Source of the DNA: an uncultured virus (IMG/VR IMGVR_UViG_3300032053_000012)
Lineage: Duplodnaviria; Heunggongvirae; Uroviricota; Caudoviricetes
Reading direction: 5' to 3' (one strand)
DNA: 64,000 bases
Virus record (IMG/VR): IMGVR_UViG_3300032053_000012
Position 1 is the stretch's first letter. Each line of letters opens with the position of its first letter. Position numbers and translations under genes: made by a program. Shown here piece by piece: positions 36,725-46,050 of the stretch. The notes under the pieces are model-generated. The model was not told the origin of the DNA. It saw only the letters and a list, made by a program, of their open reading frames with translations, and did not search any database.

Positions 36725-37686
36725 CCGTTCGATCGTCGTCGAGAGGCGGGTACGTCGCGCCGCGCAGGTACACGACCGAGGAACTGGCAGAAGCGCAGCG
36801 GCTCGACGACCTCGCGGACGCCGAGTGGGAGGCGCGCCGCCCCGAGCGCGAGGCGGCCGAGGCGGCCGAGCGCGCGCGCAGCGCGGCGTACTACGCGCGG
36901 GTCCCCGCGTACGTGCCGCCACCGCCCGTCGAGACCGTCGTCATGCTCCCCGGCCTCGGCGGGCTCGGCTACGAGCACCAGGGCGCGCTCTGGCGCTTCG
37001 TGGTCGAGGGAACGACCGTGGGGCCGCACTTCAAGACCAAGCGCGCGATGCTCGCGGCGGCGAGGGCGTATGCGGCCGACTACGGGCTGACCGTCGACGA
37101 CGACGCGGGCGCGACCGGCGCGGGGAACCGCGCGCGCGTGACGCTGTCGACCTCGGCCTCGGGCTGGCGCGGGCTGTCGCGCGGCCGGTCGCTCGCGGGC
37201 TTCGACCAGAAGGAACTGCGCCGGGGCACGGAGGTCGAGCGCGAGCACGTCGGCGGCGTCACGTCGCTCGCCCGGCGCATCGCCGCCGACCACCTCACGG
37301 AGGACCCGCGCTACTACGCGAAGCTCGCGAAGACGGAGGCGCACCGCGCCGGGCGCGACCGCGCGGTGCCGCGGTCCGCGCGCAGGTTCGCGCCGTCGCG
37401 CGAGTTCCTGGTCGTCGTCGGTACGGGGAGGGCGGCCGACACGGTCGCGGTGGTCGCGCGCGAGCCGTCGCTGTCGCGCGCGCGCGAGGTCGCGCGGCGC
37501 GAGGCCGACCGGTGGGGCATGCCGGCCGACGTGCTCGACGACGGCTGGCACCTCGTCGCGACGTACGCGCCCGGGTCGCACCGCGCGGGGGCGCCGAAGC
37601 GGCTCTCCCACGACCGATGCGCCAACCGATGCGGCTGCTCCACGAGCGGGGCGCGTCGCTCGACGCCGGTCGGGCGGCGCGGGTAA
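36721..37686 (+). CDS. modular protein containing a DUF5661-like domain
   Basis: FDQKELRRGTEVEREH...ARRIAADHLTEDPRYYAKL. Confidence 0.75.
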   Translation: MTVRSSSRGGYVAPRRYTTEELAEAQRLDDLADAEWEARRPEREAAEAAERARSAAYYARVPAYVPPPPVETVVMLPGLGGLGYEHQGALWRFVVEGTTVGPHFKTKRAMLAAARAYAADYGLTVDDDAGATGAGNRARVTLSTSASGWRGLSRGRSLAGFDQKELRRGTEVEREHVGGVTSLARRIAADHLTEDPRYYAKLAKTEAHRAGRDRAVPRSARRFAPSREFLVVVGTGRAADTVAVVAREPSLSRAREVARREADRWGMPADVLDDGWHLVATYAPGSHRAGAPKRLSHDRCANRCGCSTSGARRSTPVGRRG

Positions 37687-37715
37687 GATCACGGAAACGT
37701 AGAGGGAGACGAGCC

Positions 37716-38807
37716 ATGCCGCTTCGTACGGGCTACAGCAGGGCGACGATAAGCACTAACGTTCGTCGCCTCATGCGCGAGGGGTACAAGCAGCCCCAGG
37801 CGGTGGCGATCAGCCTCGAGACGGCGCGCAGGAGCGGCGGGGGCGCACGCGGCGTGGTGGGGCCGAACCCGAACCGCGCTGGGCGAGTCGGCGACGTTCA
37901 CGAATGGATCGGCCCCACCGGCGTTCACTTTCGTGACGTCCTATCGCCAAGCGGGACGTTCTACCACGACACCACGCCGCCGGAGATCGTCTCTGCACTG
38001 GATCACGCCATGAAGACGAAGTCGCGCGTGCGAGTCTTCTACGGCGACCGAGCGACCGGGCGCGACTGGCTCGAGGAGAACGACGTCACCGGCACCGTCG
38101 GACGGAGCACCGGTCAAGTGCCCATCGCGCTTCTGCTGCCGTCGTCTCGCAGCAGCGGCGGTGGCGCGATCCTGACCGACTCCGTTGTGCGCCTCGTCGT
38201 CGGTGGGCGAGAGGTCTATCGGCATCCCGCGTACCACCAGCCCTCGATCGAGGTCGCACGCGGCCAGGACGAGCGCTTGCCGTGGGCGGCGATGGTGGAC
38301 GGACAGGTCCACGCGCAGTTCAAAAGCGAGGCAGCCGCGACCCGCTGGGTAGCCTTCATCCGTGGGGAGAGGATGAACCGCGCGGAACCTCGGGTCGGTG
38401 CCGCGCCGTCGCGCGCGAGACGAGGAGAGCGCGGCTCGTGCCGCGTCTGCGGCGAGCGACTGCCGAGCGGAGAGGTGATCTGCCCGCGCCACGCGACGCA
38501 GCCGATGGACGAGCGATGGGCCGACGCGCCGAGCTGGAAGGACCTGCCGCGCAACCGCGCCGGCTCTGCCTCGCGGGGCGGCGGAGCGACTCACGGGCCG
38601 AGACCCGGCCAGGCGGTCGAGATGCGAGGCGAGCTCGCGACCTACTACGGCGTGGTGGTCGGCCACGAGGACGGCCACGCGATGGTGCAGTGGGCGAACG
38701 GACCGACGACCGGCGTCGCGCCGTCGAGGCTGCGCGTCGTCCCGGCCGAGTACGCCGGGATCGGCCCCGCGGAGTGGGCCGTCGTTCGCCGGCACCGGGT
38801 CCGCTGA
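37716..38807 (+). CDS. modular protein with an N-terminal 'MPL..G.S..TIS.N...QAVAI' phage motif
   Basis: MPLRTGYSRATISTNVRRLMREGYKQPQAVAISLETARR; three NRA linkers; central RVRVFYGD..TGRDWLEE.DV.G.VGRSTG domain. Confidence 0.75.
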   Translation: MPLRTGYSRATISTNVRRLMREGYKQPQAVAISLETARRSGGGARGVVGPNPNRAGRVGDVHEWIGPTGVHFRDVLSPSGTFYHDTTPPEIVSALDHAMKTKSRVRVFYGDRATGRDWLEENDVTGTVGRSTGQVPIALLLPSSRSSGGGAILTDSVVRLVVGGREVYRHPAYHQPSIEVARGQDERLPWAAMVDGQVHAQFKSEAAATRWVAFIRGERMNRAEPRVGAAPSRARRGERGSCRVCGERLPSGEVICPRHATQPMDERWADAPSWKDLPRNRAGSASRGGGATHGPRPGQAVEMRGELATYYGVVVGHEDGHAMVQWANGPTTGVAPSRLRVVPAEYAGIGPAEWAVVRRHRVR

Positions 38808-38809
38808 GC

Positions 38810-39883
38810 ATGACCGCGACCGCGCCCTCGACCGTCCACCGCTGCAGGCGCTGCGCGCGGCGCGTGGCCGCGTGGCTGTTCACGTGCCCGTCGTGCGGCG
38901 CGCGCAACGAGATGGTGCGCGACGACTCGGGCCTCGCACTCGTGCCGCGACCGCCCCCCCCGCCGTTCCCGCAGCGCTGGGGACCGCCGCGCGGCGGCGG
39001 CCTCGACGCGTTCGAGCTCGACCTCTCGCGCGCGCGCGAGGAGCGCGAGGGCGACGGTGACGACGACGACGGTCGCGGCGGCAGCAAGCCGCTGTGCACC
39101 GTCCAGCGCCGCGACCCCGAGCGGATCCTGACCGGCATCGCGCACCTCGACCGCGCGCTGGGCAAGCCCGGGCGCCTCGGGCGCCGCCCCGACCGGCTCG
39201 GCCTCGCGATGACGAGCTCCAACGTGCTCGCGGGGGTCAAGGGCGTCGGCAAGTCGCGGCTCGGCCTCGAGGCCCTGGCGCGGATCGCCGCGGGTGACGC
39301 GGGTGCGGTTAGACGCTGCGGCGTCGCGTCGGGCGAGATGCCAGAGGAACTGTTCGCCGACTACGCCGACGACATGCGGCTCTTCGAGCGCTTCCCCGCC
39401 GCGCGACCGAACCTCCTCGTCCACGAGCTCGACGACTTCGACGACGTCGTCGCGTGGATCGACGAGGAGGAGATCGACGTCGTGCTGGTCGACTCCGTGC
39501 AGCGCATGCGGAGCCGGCTCGTCGAGCCGTACCGGTTCGGCGCCGACGCGCAGGTCGCCTACGGGAGCAAGCTGATCGCCGACCGCTGCAACCTGCGCGG
39601 GCCGCACAAGGGGAAGCGGCCGTGCGCGGCGATCTGCATCTCGCACGCGAACGCGAAGGGCGACGTCGCGGGCAAGCAGGGGCCGCAGCACGACGGCGAC
39701 GGCGTGTTCAACATGGAGCACTACGACCCAGAGACGGGCAAGACGCTCACGCCGAAGCACCGCAAGGGTTTTGTGCGCTTCCTCACGGAGAAGAACCGCT
39801 ACGGCGCCGAGCCGACGGTCGCGCACTTCCGGCTGTGCGACGACGGGTTCGAGTGCGTGGACCCCCCGGAAGGCGAGGAGTAG
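38810..39883 (+). CDS. radA: RadA/Sms-like ATPase lacking the Lon-like C-terminal domain
   Basis: CRRC..W...CPSC Zn finger, TGIAHLDRALG, GVKGVGKS, SGE, VVLVDSVQ, H..K.G..AG....H..D, KNRYG. Confidence 0.85.
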   Translation: MTATAPSTVHRCRRCARRVAAWLFTCPSCGARNEMVRDDSGLALVPRPPPPPFPQRWGPPRGGGLDAFELDLSRAREEREGDGDDDDGRGGSKPLCTVQRRDPERILTGIAHLDRALGKPGRLGRRPDRLGLAMTSSNVLAGVKGVGKSRLGLEALARIAAGDAGAVRRCGVASGEMPEELFADYADDMRLFERFPAARPNLLVHELDDFDDVVAWIDEEEIDVVLVDSVQRMRSRLVEPYRFGADAQVAYGSKLIADRCNLRGPHKGKRPCAAICISHANAKGDVAGKQGPQHDGDGVFNMEHYDPETGKTLTPKHRKGFVRFLTEKNRYGAEPTVAHFRLCDDGFECVDPPEGEE

Positions 39884-39949
39884 GATGACGATGCGCATGC
39901 GCATGCCAGAGACGCTGGCGCCGGAGACGGCGCCGAAGAGGATGGTGCG

Positions 39950-40465
39950 ATGGCCGACGTGATCCTACAGGCCGAGGTCATAAAGGACTCGCAGGACTAC
40001 AAGCACCTGACCGCGGTCGACATCCCGGCGGGGCGCGCACTGCTCATCTCGGGGACCCTCGTCTTCGTCCCCGCCCCGGTGTCCCCCGCGGTCCTGGTCT
40101 ACTCGACCCCGGACGCGGCTGGCGGCGGGACGGGGTTCGAGCACGACAGCGTGATCCCCGCGGGCGCGATCCCCAACGCGCTCGCGAGCGTCTACGCGAC
40201 GCTCGCGAACGCGACCGAGCCGCCGATCAATCCTGCGAGTTACTGGATCCAGATCCACCTCGGCGTCGGTCCGCTCGCGGGCGGCGAGATCCCGCTGCTC
40301 GTCGGCGACTCGCTGGTGATGCCGGGGGGAAACCAGCAATTCATCCCGCCAGACGAGATTGACCGGACGCTCGGCTTCGTGGTCGCTCCGAGCACCACAC
40401 AGATGACGTACACCGACCCGGGCGCGGGCGTGCTGGTGATCCGCACGCGGGCGTGGGGGAGGTAG
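39950..40465 (+). CDS. putative virion structural protein
   Basis: Beta-rich, Arg-poor composition; first gene of the structural-type cluster. Confidence 0.6.
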   Translation: MADVILQAEVIKDSQDYKHLTAVDIPAGRALLISGTLVFVPAPVSPAVLVYSTPDAAGGGTGFEHDSVIPAGAIPNALASVYATLANATEPPINPASYWIQIHLGVGPLAGGEIPLLVGDSLVMPGGNQQFIPPDEIDRTLGFVVAPSTTQMTYTDPGAGVLVIRTRAWGR

Positions 40466-40468
40466 CCG

Positions 40469-40912
40469 GTGGCGAGCCTCGGCCTGCGGGGACCGAGCCT
40501 CACCGTGCAGCCGCAGCCGAGCGGCGGCGGAGGCGGCGGCGTGGTGCTCCCGTTCTCCGGGGCGATGACGGGACGCGCCGCGGCCGTGCTGAGAGCGCGC
40601 TTCCTGGGCGACGCGCCCAACTCGTCCTTCGTCGCGGCGGTCAACTTCCCGGCGACGGGGCCGAGCGCCAGTGCGACCCTGCGCGTGAGGCCCACCGCGA
40701 ACACGATGCTGACCGCGACGAACTTTCGGGTCTTCGTCAACAACGTCGCCTCGGGCCTCGTGGTCGTCGTCCCGGCGGGGAGCACCGTGATCGCCACCTC
40801 GACGATCCCGCTCGCGATCGTCGCGGGCGACCTCGTCGACCTGCGCGTGGACTCGACCGCGGGCGGCGCGGGCAGGTCGATCCGAGCCGGAGTCACGGTC
40901 GTCTTCTCCTAG
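40469..40912 (+). CDS. putative virion structural protein (beta-sandwich)
   Basis: RVRPTANT...FRVFVNNV...IVAGDLVDLRV; similar to the C-terminus of 46051..48018. Confidence 0.6.
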   Translation: MASLGLRGPSLTVQPQPSGGGGGGVVLPFSGAMTGRAAAVLRARFLGDAPNSSFVAAVNFPATGPSASATLRVRPTANTMLTATNFRVFVNNVASGLVVVVPAGSTVIATSTIPLAIVAGDLVDLRVDSTAGGAGRSIRAGVTVVFS

Positions 40913-40928
40913 CAGACGGGAGCAGGTC

Positions 40929-41207
40929 ATGGCGGTAGAGAGCGAGATCGTAGGGACGATAGAGATCGACGGCGACATTCTGCCTTCGATCGAACCGGGC
41001 GATCCGCCGGCCGGCTTCATCGGCACGCAGCTACAGCAGTTCGCCGAGGTCCACGCGGGGATGGTCGTGGGGGGCGACATCCACCTGCGTGACGACGATC
41101 GGAACGCGCACTGGGTGCTGCGCGAGGAGACGGATCGAATCGTCGCAATCAACAAGATCACCGGCAAGCGCTACGCCATAGTGCTTACCTCAATCGAAGA
41201 CGAGTAG
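40929..41207 (+). CDS. small fibre-associated protein
   Basis: GDIHLR...HWVLREE.DRIVAINKITGKRY resembles C-terminal modules of phage fibre proteins. Confidence 0.55.
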   Translation: MAVESEIVGTIEIDGDILPSIEPGDPPAGFIGTQLQQFAEVHAGMVVGGDIHLRDDDRNAHWVLREETDRIVAINKITGKRYAIVLTSIEDE

Positions 41208-41234
41208 AAGGTTTCAAGAAAAGAGGAGCATCTG

Positions 41235-42986
41235 ATGTCCATCATCCTAACGACCGTCGAGGAACTTCAAGAAGTAGCTGTCGATCCGGCGGCCGTAGCG
41301 AACAGCGGCTTTCTCTACACGAAGGACGCTCTCACGATCACGGAGCTTTTCTACCGCGCCAGCGACGGCACGATCACGCAACTGACGCCTCCGGGTGGTG
41401 CAGGCACTACGCCGTGGCAGCGTACCGGAACCACCGTCGCGCTCGATCAAGTGGGAGACACTGAGGTCATCCCGTTCACCGACGACGCGACCTCGCTCGG
41501 GACTAGTGCAATTCGCTGGCAAGACGTAAACATTGCCGGCGCGTTCGGTATCTGGGGACCGCTCGGGCCGGTGAACCCGCGAGTCCTACTGTCCACGAAC
41601 GGCGGCGGCGGAAGAGGAGCGCTGGATTTCGGTAATGGCGGCGGGACTCCTGTAGACGCCAGGATGCGCTACGCCGGCACCGGGCTCTTCGATTTCTCGA
41701 ATCCGAATGCTGTAAGCACGTCGGCGGGACTCATCCCTCGATTCGACGGCGAGGGCGGCGGAGTCATCGGTAACGCCACCCATCGCTGGGCGCAGTTCGT
41801 ATGCTCCGGTACGTATCTGATCAACAGTACATCCGGGGCCGCAAACCCCCGCGCGCAGCTTCAGCTAGACGCACTGAAGTTCGGCGATGGGGTTCTGGTG
41901 GTAGACGTGGGGATCGGGAGAGCCGGGACTACCGCCAACACGCTCGAAGTCTCGGACGGTGGGATTCTCTCCGGCAACCTCCAGCCGCTCGTCACCGCCA
42001 CCGGCAAGCTCGGCACGACTGGCGTCGCGTCTTCCAAGGCGTGGCAGAGCGTCGCCGTCACGAGCAACTACGCCGTCTACACGGCGGCGGCGGACGCGAA
42101 CCCGACCGCGAGACTGAATGCTACTGCGGTCGAGTTTGGTCCTGGAGCAGCAGTCGCGGTCGACGTGGGCCTCGCGCGAAGCGCGACGGGCGCGAACACG
42201 ATCGAACTGACGAACGGCGGCGCCGGCTCCGGCAATTTCCAGCCGCTTGTCGCGGCTACTGGAAAACTCGGCACCACTGGAACCGCCATATCAAAGGCAT
42301 TTCAGAGTGCAGCCGTCACCACCGATTTCCTCGTCGTCACGGCTTCGACCGACGCGAATCCTACTGCTCGGGTTGCTGGCGCCTCGCTGCAAATGGGAGC
42401 GGGCGGAGCCGTCGCGGTGGACGTGGAGATCAAGCGCGTTGCCGCAAACATCCTCGCGCTCAGCAACGCAGGTGCTGGCACTGGTAGCTTGGTACCAAAC
42501 ACGGACACGCAGGGTTCGCTCGGTACGAACGGCGCGGGCGGCAAGACGTGGGCGAGCATGTCTGCTACCAGCCTTGCGGCCTACGCAGCCGGCACCGACA
42601 CGCAACCGAAGATCGAGATACGAACGGCTGCCGCGGGCGGAGAGGTTCGCATGGGTGCGGGCGTCGCTGCCGCTCCTGACGTGTACCTCTCACGCACCGG
42701 AGCGGGCACACTCACGGCAGACGACGGTGGCGGAAACGGAATCACGATCGTACCGTTGGGGGACGGGACGGGAAACGTCGGCACGGCGGCCAAGCGCTTC
42801 TCGCTCGTGCGCGCAGTCACCATCACGTCAGGTGACGTGTGCTTCGATGACCAGACGTGCCAGGTGTGCGGTCAGCCCTTCGCGGAGGGAGATGATCTCG
42901 TGCTCCGCGTGATCCGGATCGAGCCGGACGGCGACACGGGTCGGCGCCTCACGCGCACGGTGCCCGCGCACCACGGCTGCAAGTAG
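41235..42986 (+). CDS. fibre/spike-like protein with ~85-aa repeats and a C-terminal CxxC...HxxC domain
   Basis: G/A/T-rich, 583 aa; repeats (V)DV...R....L...G.L.P....G.LGT....W. Confidence 0.75.
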   Translation: MSIILTTVEELQEVAVDPAAVANSGFLYTKDALTITELFYRASDGTITQLTPPGGAGTTPWQRTGTTVALDQVGDTEVIPFTDDATSLGTSAIRWQDVNIAGAFGIWGPLGPVNPRVLLSTNGGGGRGALDFGNGGGTPVDARMRYAGTGLFDFSNPNAVSTSAGLIPRFDGEGGGVIGNATHRWAQFVCSGTYLINSTSGAANPRAQLQLDALKFGDGVLVVDVGIGRAGTTANTLEVSDGGILSGNLQPLVTATGKLGTTGVASSKAWQSVAVTSNYAVYTAAADANPTARLNATAVEFGPGAAVAVDVGLARSATGANTIELTNGGAGSGNFQPLVAATGKLGTTGTAISKAFQSAAVTTDFLVVTASTDANPTARVAGASLQMGAGGAVAVDVEIKRVAANILALSNAGAGTGSLVPNTDTQGSLGTNGAGGKTWASMSATSLAAYAAGTDTQPKIEIRTAAAGGEVRMGAGVAAAPDVYLSRTGAGTLTADDGGGNGITIVPLGDGTGNVGTAAKRFSLVRAVTITSGDVCFDDQTCQVCGQPFAEGDDLVLRVIRIEPDGDTGRRLTRTVPAHHGCK

Positions 42987-42997
42987 CTCGCGACGAT

Positions 42998-43033
42998 GCA
43001 CCCGTCTAGACCGAAGAGAGTCTAGACGGGTGC
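42998..43033. repeat. Perfect 14-bp inverted repeat (terminator or RNA-processing hairpin)
   Basis: gcacccgtctagac-cgaagaga-gtctagacgggtgc directly after the fibre gene stop. Confidence 0.8.
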
Positions 43034-43068
43034 GGCCGTAGACGAAGAAAAGACGAGGAGGAGCGAGG

Positions 43069-43419
43069 ATGTCCGGCATCACCATCGACGGCGCTTTCGC
43101 GACGCACGCGACCTCGCCGGCCGGCATGGCTGCTACCGAGAACGACTACGCGGGGGCCGCTGGATCGTTCGCGCGCCTGACACCCAACGCAGCCGGCACC
43201 GCGATCACCGGGTTCGCGGGCGGCGTGGACGGTCGCGCGCTCACGATCGTGAACCTCGGTAACGCGAACCTAACGCTACTGCACGAGGACGGAGGGTCGG
43301 CGGCAGGGAACAGGATCCTGACCAAGGGAGGAGGAGCGATCGTGATGCCAGCGGACGGGATCCTGTCCCTCATCTACGACGCCACCACCGCAAGGTGGAG
43401 GCAATCGACGGCACTCTGA
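43069..43419 (+). CDS. stand-alone fibre-type domain protein
   Basis: NDY...ITG..GGVDGR.L.I.N.G...TL.HED..S.AGNRI...YD.TTARWR, the same domain found twice in 43967..45673. Confidence 0.75.
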   Translation: MSGITIDGAFATHATSPAGMAATENDYAGAAGSFARLTPNAAGTAITGFAGGVDGRALTIVNLGNANLTLLHEDGGSAAGNRILTKGGGAIVMPADGILSLIYDATTARWRQSTAL

Positions 43420-43967
43420 TGACGATCACCGACACCACCTTCAGCGAGTACGACGGCATCGCGGCGCCGGCCGTGTCGGCCGCGGGGAAGGGTCGCGTCT
43501 ACTTCGACTCCGGCGACAACACCTTCAAGTGGTCGCAGAACGCGGGGCCGTACTACAAGTTCGGACCCGTGCTCCAGACGGTCACGTCCGTCATCTCGGC
43601 GAACACCACGACGACTTCGGCGACGTTCGTGACGCTGCTCACGGTCGCCATCACGACGCAGGCGAGCACGAAGCTCGACATAAAATTCGCTGGCGCGGCG
43701 TCGTCCAGCAACAACAGCGCGGATCAGGTTTTCTTCCGCCTCACCGTGGATGGCGTCGCGCAGTCCGCGGTCGGCATCACGACCAACTCATCCGGCGCGA
43801 ACCTGGCGGAGTCTATGGCGCTTACGCGGGTCGTCACCGGACTCGCGGCCGGAGCCCACACGGTTCTGATCCAATGGCGACGCAGCGCGAACACCGCGCA
43901 GATCCGCCCCGTCGCGGCGCCTGACGCGGAGTCGGCGACGCTCACTGTGCAGGAGATTCTGAACTGA
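43419..43967 (+). CDS. putative virion structural protein
   Basis: TGATG coupling; GRVYFDS...TTTSATFV...GLAAGAHTV.IQWR. Confidence 0.7.
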   Translation: MTITDTTFSEYDGIAAPAVSAAGKGRVYFDSGDNTFKWSQNAGPYYKFGPVLQTVTSVISANTTTTSATFVTLLTVAITTQASTKLDIKFAGAASSSNNSADQVFFRLTVDGVAQSAVGITTNSSGANLAESMALTRVVTGLAAGAHTVLIQWRRSANTAQIRPVAAPDAESATLTVQEILN

Positions 43968-45673
43968 TGGCCGCCACGAAGTACACGTACTCGATCTCAG
44001 TCGACTTTCCGAACGGCGTGGAGAACTCGGATCGACTCACCTTGGAGATCCAAGCCGACGCGGCGATCACCATTGCGCTCGACCACATCGACACCTCCGG
44101 CGATGCCTGCGACGTGTGGTTCGTCAACCCGCTGCCGGCGCTCGACAAGACCGCGCTCGACGCCGTGGTCGCTGCGTCTTCTGGCGCGCCGCTTCCGCCC
44201 TCCGCGTTCGTCTCTCCCGTGGCGTTCACGCTCACGGGGAAGATCACGCCCGCGGCGCTCGCGGCGAACACGAACAACTACGCGCCGGCCGGGCTCGACG
44301 TGTCGAGCGTCGTGCGACTCTCCTCGGCTATCGGCGGCGTGAACCTCACCGGGATCACAGGCGGGACCGACGGACGCCTCCTCATGCTCCAGAACGTCGG
44401 GGCGAACACCGTCACCATCACGCACGAGGACGCGCTCTCGACGGCGGCCAACAGGTTCTCGCTGCGCGGCGCGGCGAGCATGGTATTGACCGCGAGCAAA
44501 TCCGTCACGATCCAGTACGACGGCACGGCGGCGCGGTGGAGGATGCTGGCCGGGAGCGATCCGTACGGAACGACGGCCAACACTGCATGCCAGGGAGCCG
44601 ACGCGAGGCTCTCTGACGCTCGCGCCCCGACCGCTCACGCCGCCACGCATAACGCGGGTGGTAACGACGCCTTGGCGATCGACGCGGCGGCGGCGACGGC
44701 GTCGCTCCGTACTCTAGGCGCCGGCGCGACCTCGGCGTGCGCAGGCAACGACGCGCGCCTCTCGGACGCTCGCGCCCCGACGGGCGCGGCCGGCGGGGAC
44801 CTGATCAACACCTACCCGAACCCAGGCGTGGCGCAGGCGTCGGCGGCGTTCTCGCTCGCGGGCGTCGTCTCGCCCGCGTCGATCGGTGCGAACCAGAACG
44901 ACTACAACCCGGCGAACCTCGCGGTGGCGAGCGTCCTCCGCCTCACGTCCTCTGCCTCCTTTAGCGTCACGGGTATTGCGGGGGGGGCGTCTGGCAGGAT
45001 GCTGATCCTCCACAACGTGGGTGCCAACAACCTCGTCCTGACGCACGAGGACGCGGCTAGCACGGCGGGGAACCGGATCAGCATTCAAAACGGGTTCCCG
45101 TTCCTGCTGGCGCCGAACGGCTCCGTCTTGGTCACGTACGACTCCACGACCGCGCGCTGGAGGATCGCGGTGTTCCCCGGGTTCGAGTTCCTCGGGAGCA
45201 CGCAGCTCGCGGCGCAGGCGGTCAGCACGGCGACGATCACCATCCCGGCCCGGGACACGCTTCTGATCTCGGTACGCATCACCGGCTACACGGGCGGTGA
45301 CATCGGGTCCCTCCAGTTCAACGGAGACACGGGAACGAACTACTGGTGGCGCCACATCACGGCCGCCTCGAACAGCACGACGTGGACGAACACGGAGGGG
45401 GCGAGCGCGACGAGCATCCGGCTCGGCCGCGTCGGGATCACGCGAGGGAGATCCGTCCTCGTCCACGTGACCAACCTCCTCGGCGCGCAGAAGGTCGCGC
45501 AGATAAGCACCCTGGATGAGACCGCGGGCGCCGCCAACACCGGCGCGATCGGTACGGGCGGCGGCATGTGGGCCAACACGGCGGCCCAGATCACCTCGCT
45601 TCGTCTCACGAATCCGGGTGCGAATAACTTTTTTGTCGGCACCGGGTTCGCGGTCTACGGGAGGAACCTCTGA
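43967..45673 (+). CDS. fibre/spike-like protein
   Basis: 568 aa; duplicated domain and duplicated AC.G.DARLSDARAPT motif. Confidence 0.78.
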   Translation: MAATKYTYSISVDFPNGVENSDRLTLEIQADAAITIALDHIDTSGDACDVWFVNPLPALDKTALDAVVAASSGAPLPPSAFVSPVAFTLTGKITPAALAANTNNYAPAGLDVSSVVRLSSAIGGVNLTGITGGTDGRLLMLQNVGANTVTITHEDALSTAANRFSLRGAASMVLTASKSVTIQYDGTAARWRMLAGSDPYGTTANTACQGADARLSDARAPTAHAATHNAGGNDALAIDAAAATASLRTLGAGATSACAGNDARLSDARAPTGAAGGDLINTYPNPGVAQASAAFSLAGVVSPASIGANQNDYNPANLAVASVLRLTSSASFSVTGIAGGASGRMLILHNVGANNLVLTHEDAASTAGNRISIQNGFPFLLAPNGSVLVTYDSTTARWRIAVFPGFEFLGSTQLAAQAVSTATITIPARDTLLISVRITGYTGGDIGSLQFNGDTGTNYWWRHITAASNSTTWTNTEGASATSIRLGRVGITRGRSVLVHVTNLLGAQKVAQISTLDETAGAANTGAIGTGGGMWANTAAQITSLRLTNPGANNFFVGTGFAVYGRNL

Positions 45674-46026
45674 TGCCCGCCTTCAAAAACGATCCAGTCG
45701 TTCTCCACGGAGACTCCGCCGCGATCACCGCCTTCGTGGTCGGGTTGTATCCAGGCGAGGAGATCATCACCGACGCGGCCGATGGCGTCCTCATGTATCT
45801 GGAAATGCCGAGTTTGAAGCAGCCCGAGTTCGACGCGCTCATCGCGGCCCTGGTAAAGCAGTTCGTTCGGACGCTGCCTTACAGAGTGTCCGGCATTGGA
45901 GCACCTAACGGCGTGGTGCTAGGATCGCCCGGCGATATGTACGTCGATACGAAAGGCGGAGCGAACGCGACGCTGTGGGTCAAGGAGTCCGAGGTTGACA
46001 CCACTTTCGGATGGGTCGCGAAGTAA
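45673..46026 (+). CDS. fibre-associated protein
   Basis: GIGAPNGVVLGSPGDMYVDTKGGANATLWVKES...GWVAK, a recognisable fibre C-terminal motif. Confidence 0.65.
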   Translation: MPAFKNDPVVLHGDSAAITAFVVGLYPGEEIITDAADGVLMYLEMPSLKQPEFDALIAALVKQFVRTLPYRVSGIGAPNGVVLGSPGDMYVDTKGGANATLWVKESEVDTTFGWVAK

Positions 46027-46050
46027 GAGAAAAGAAGGAGTCGTAACGCA

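Noticed and set aside
41880..42430. Diversity-generating retroelement TR/VR pair in the fibre gene with a downstream hairpin
   Set aside because: Repeat copies differ at all base types, not only adenines; no reverse transcriptase in the window
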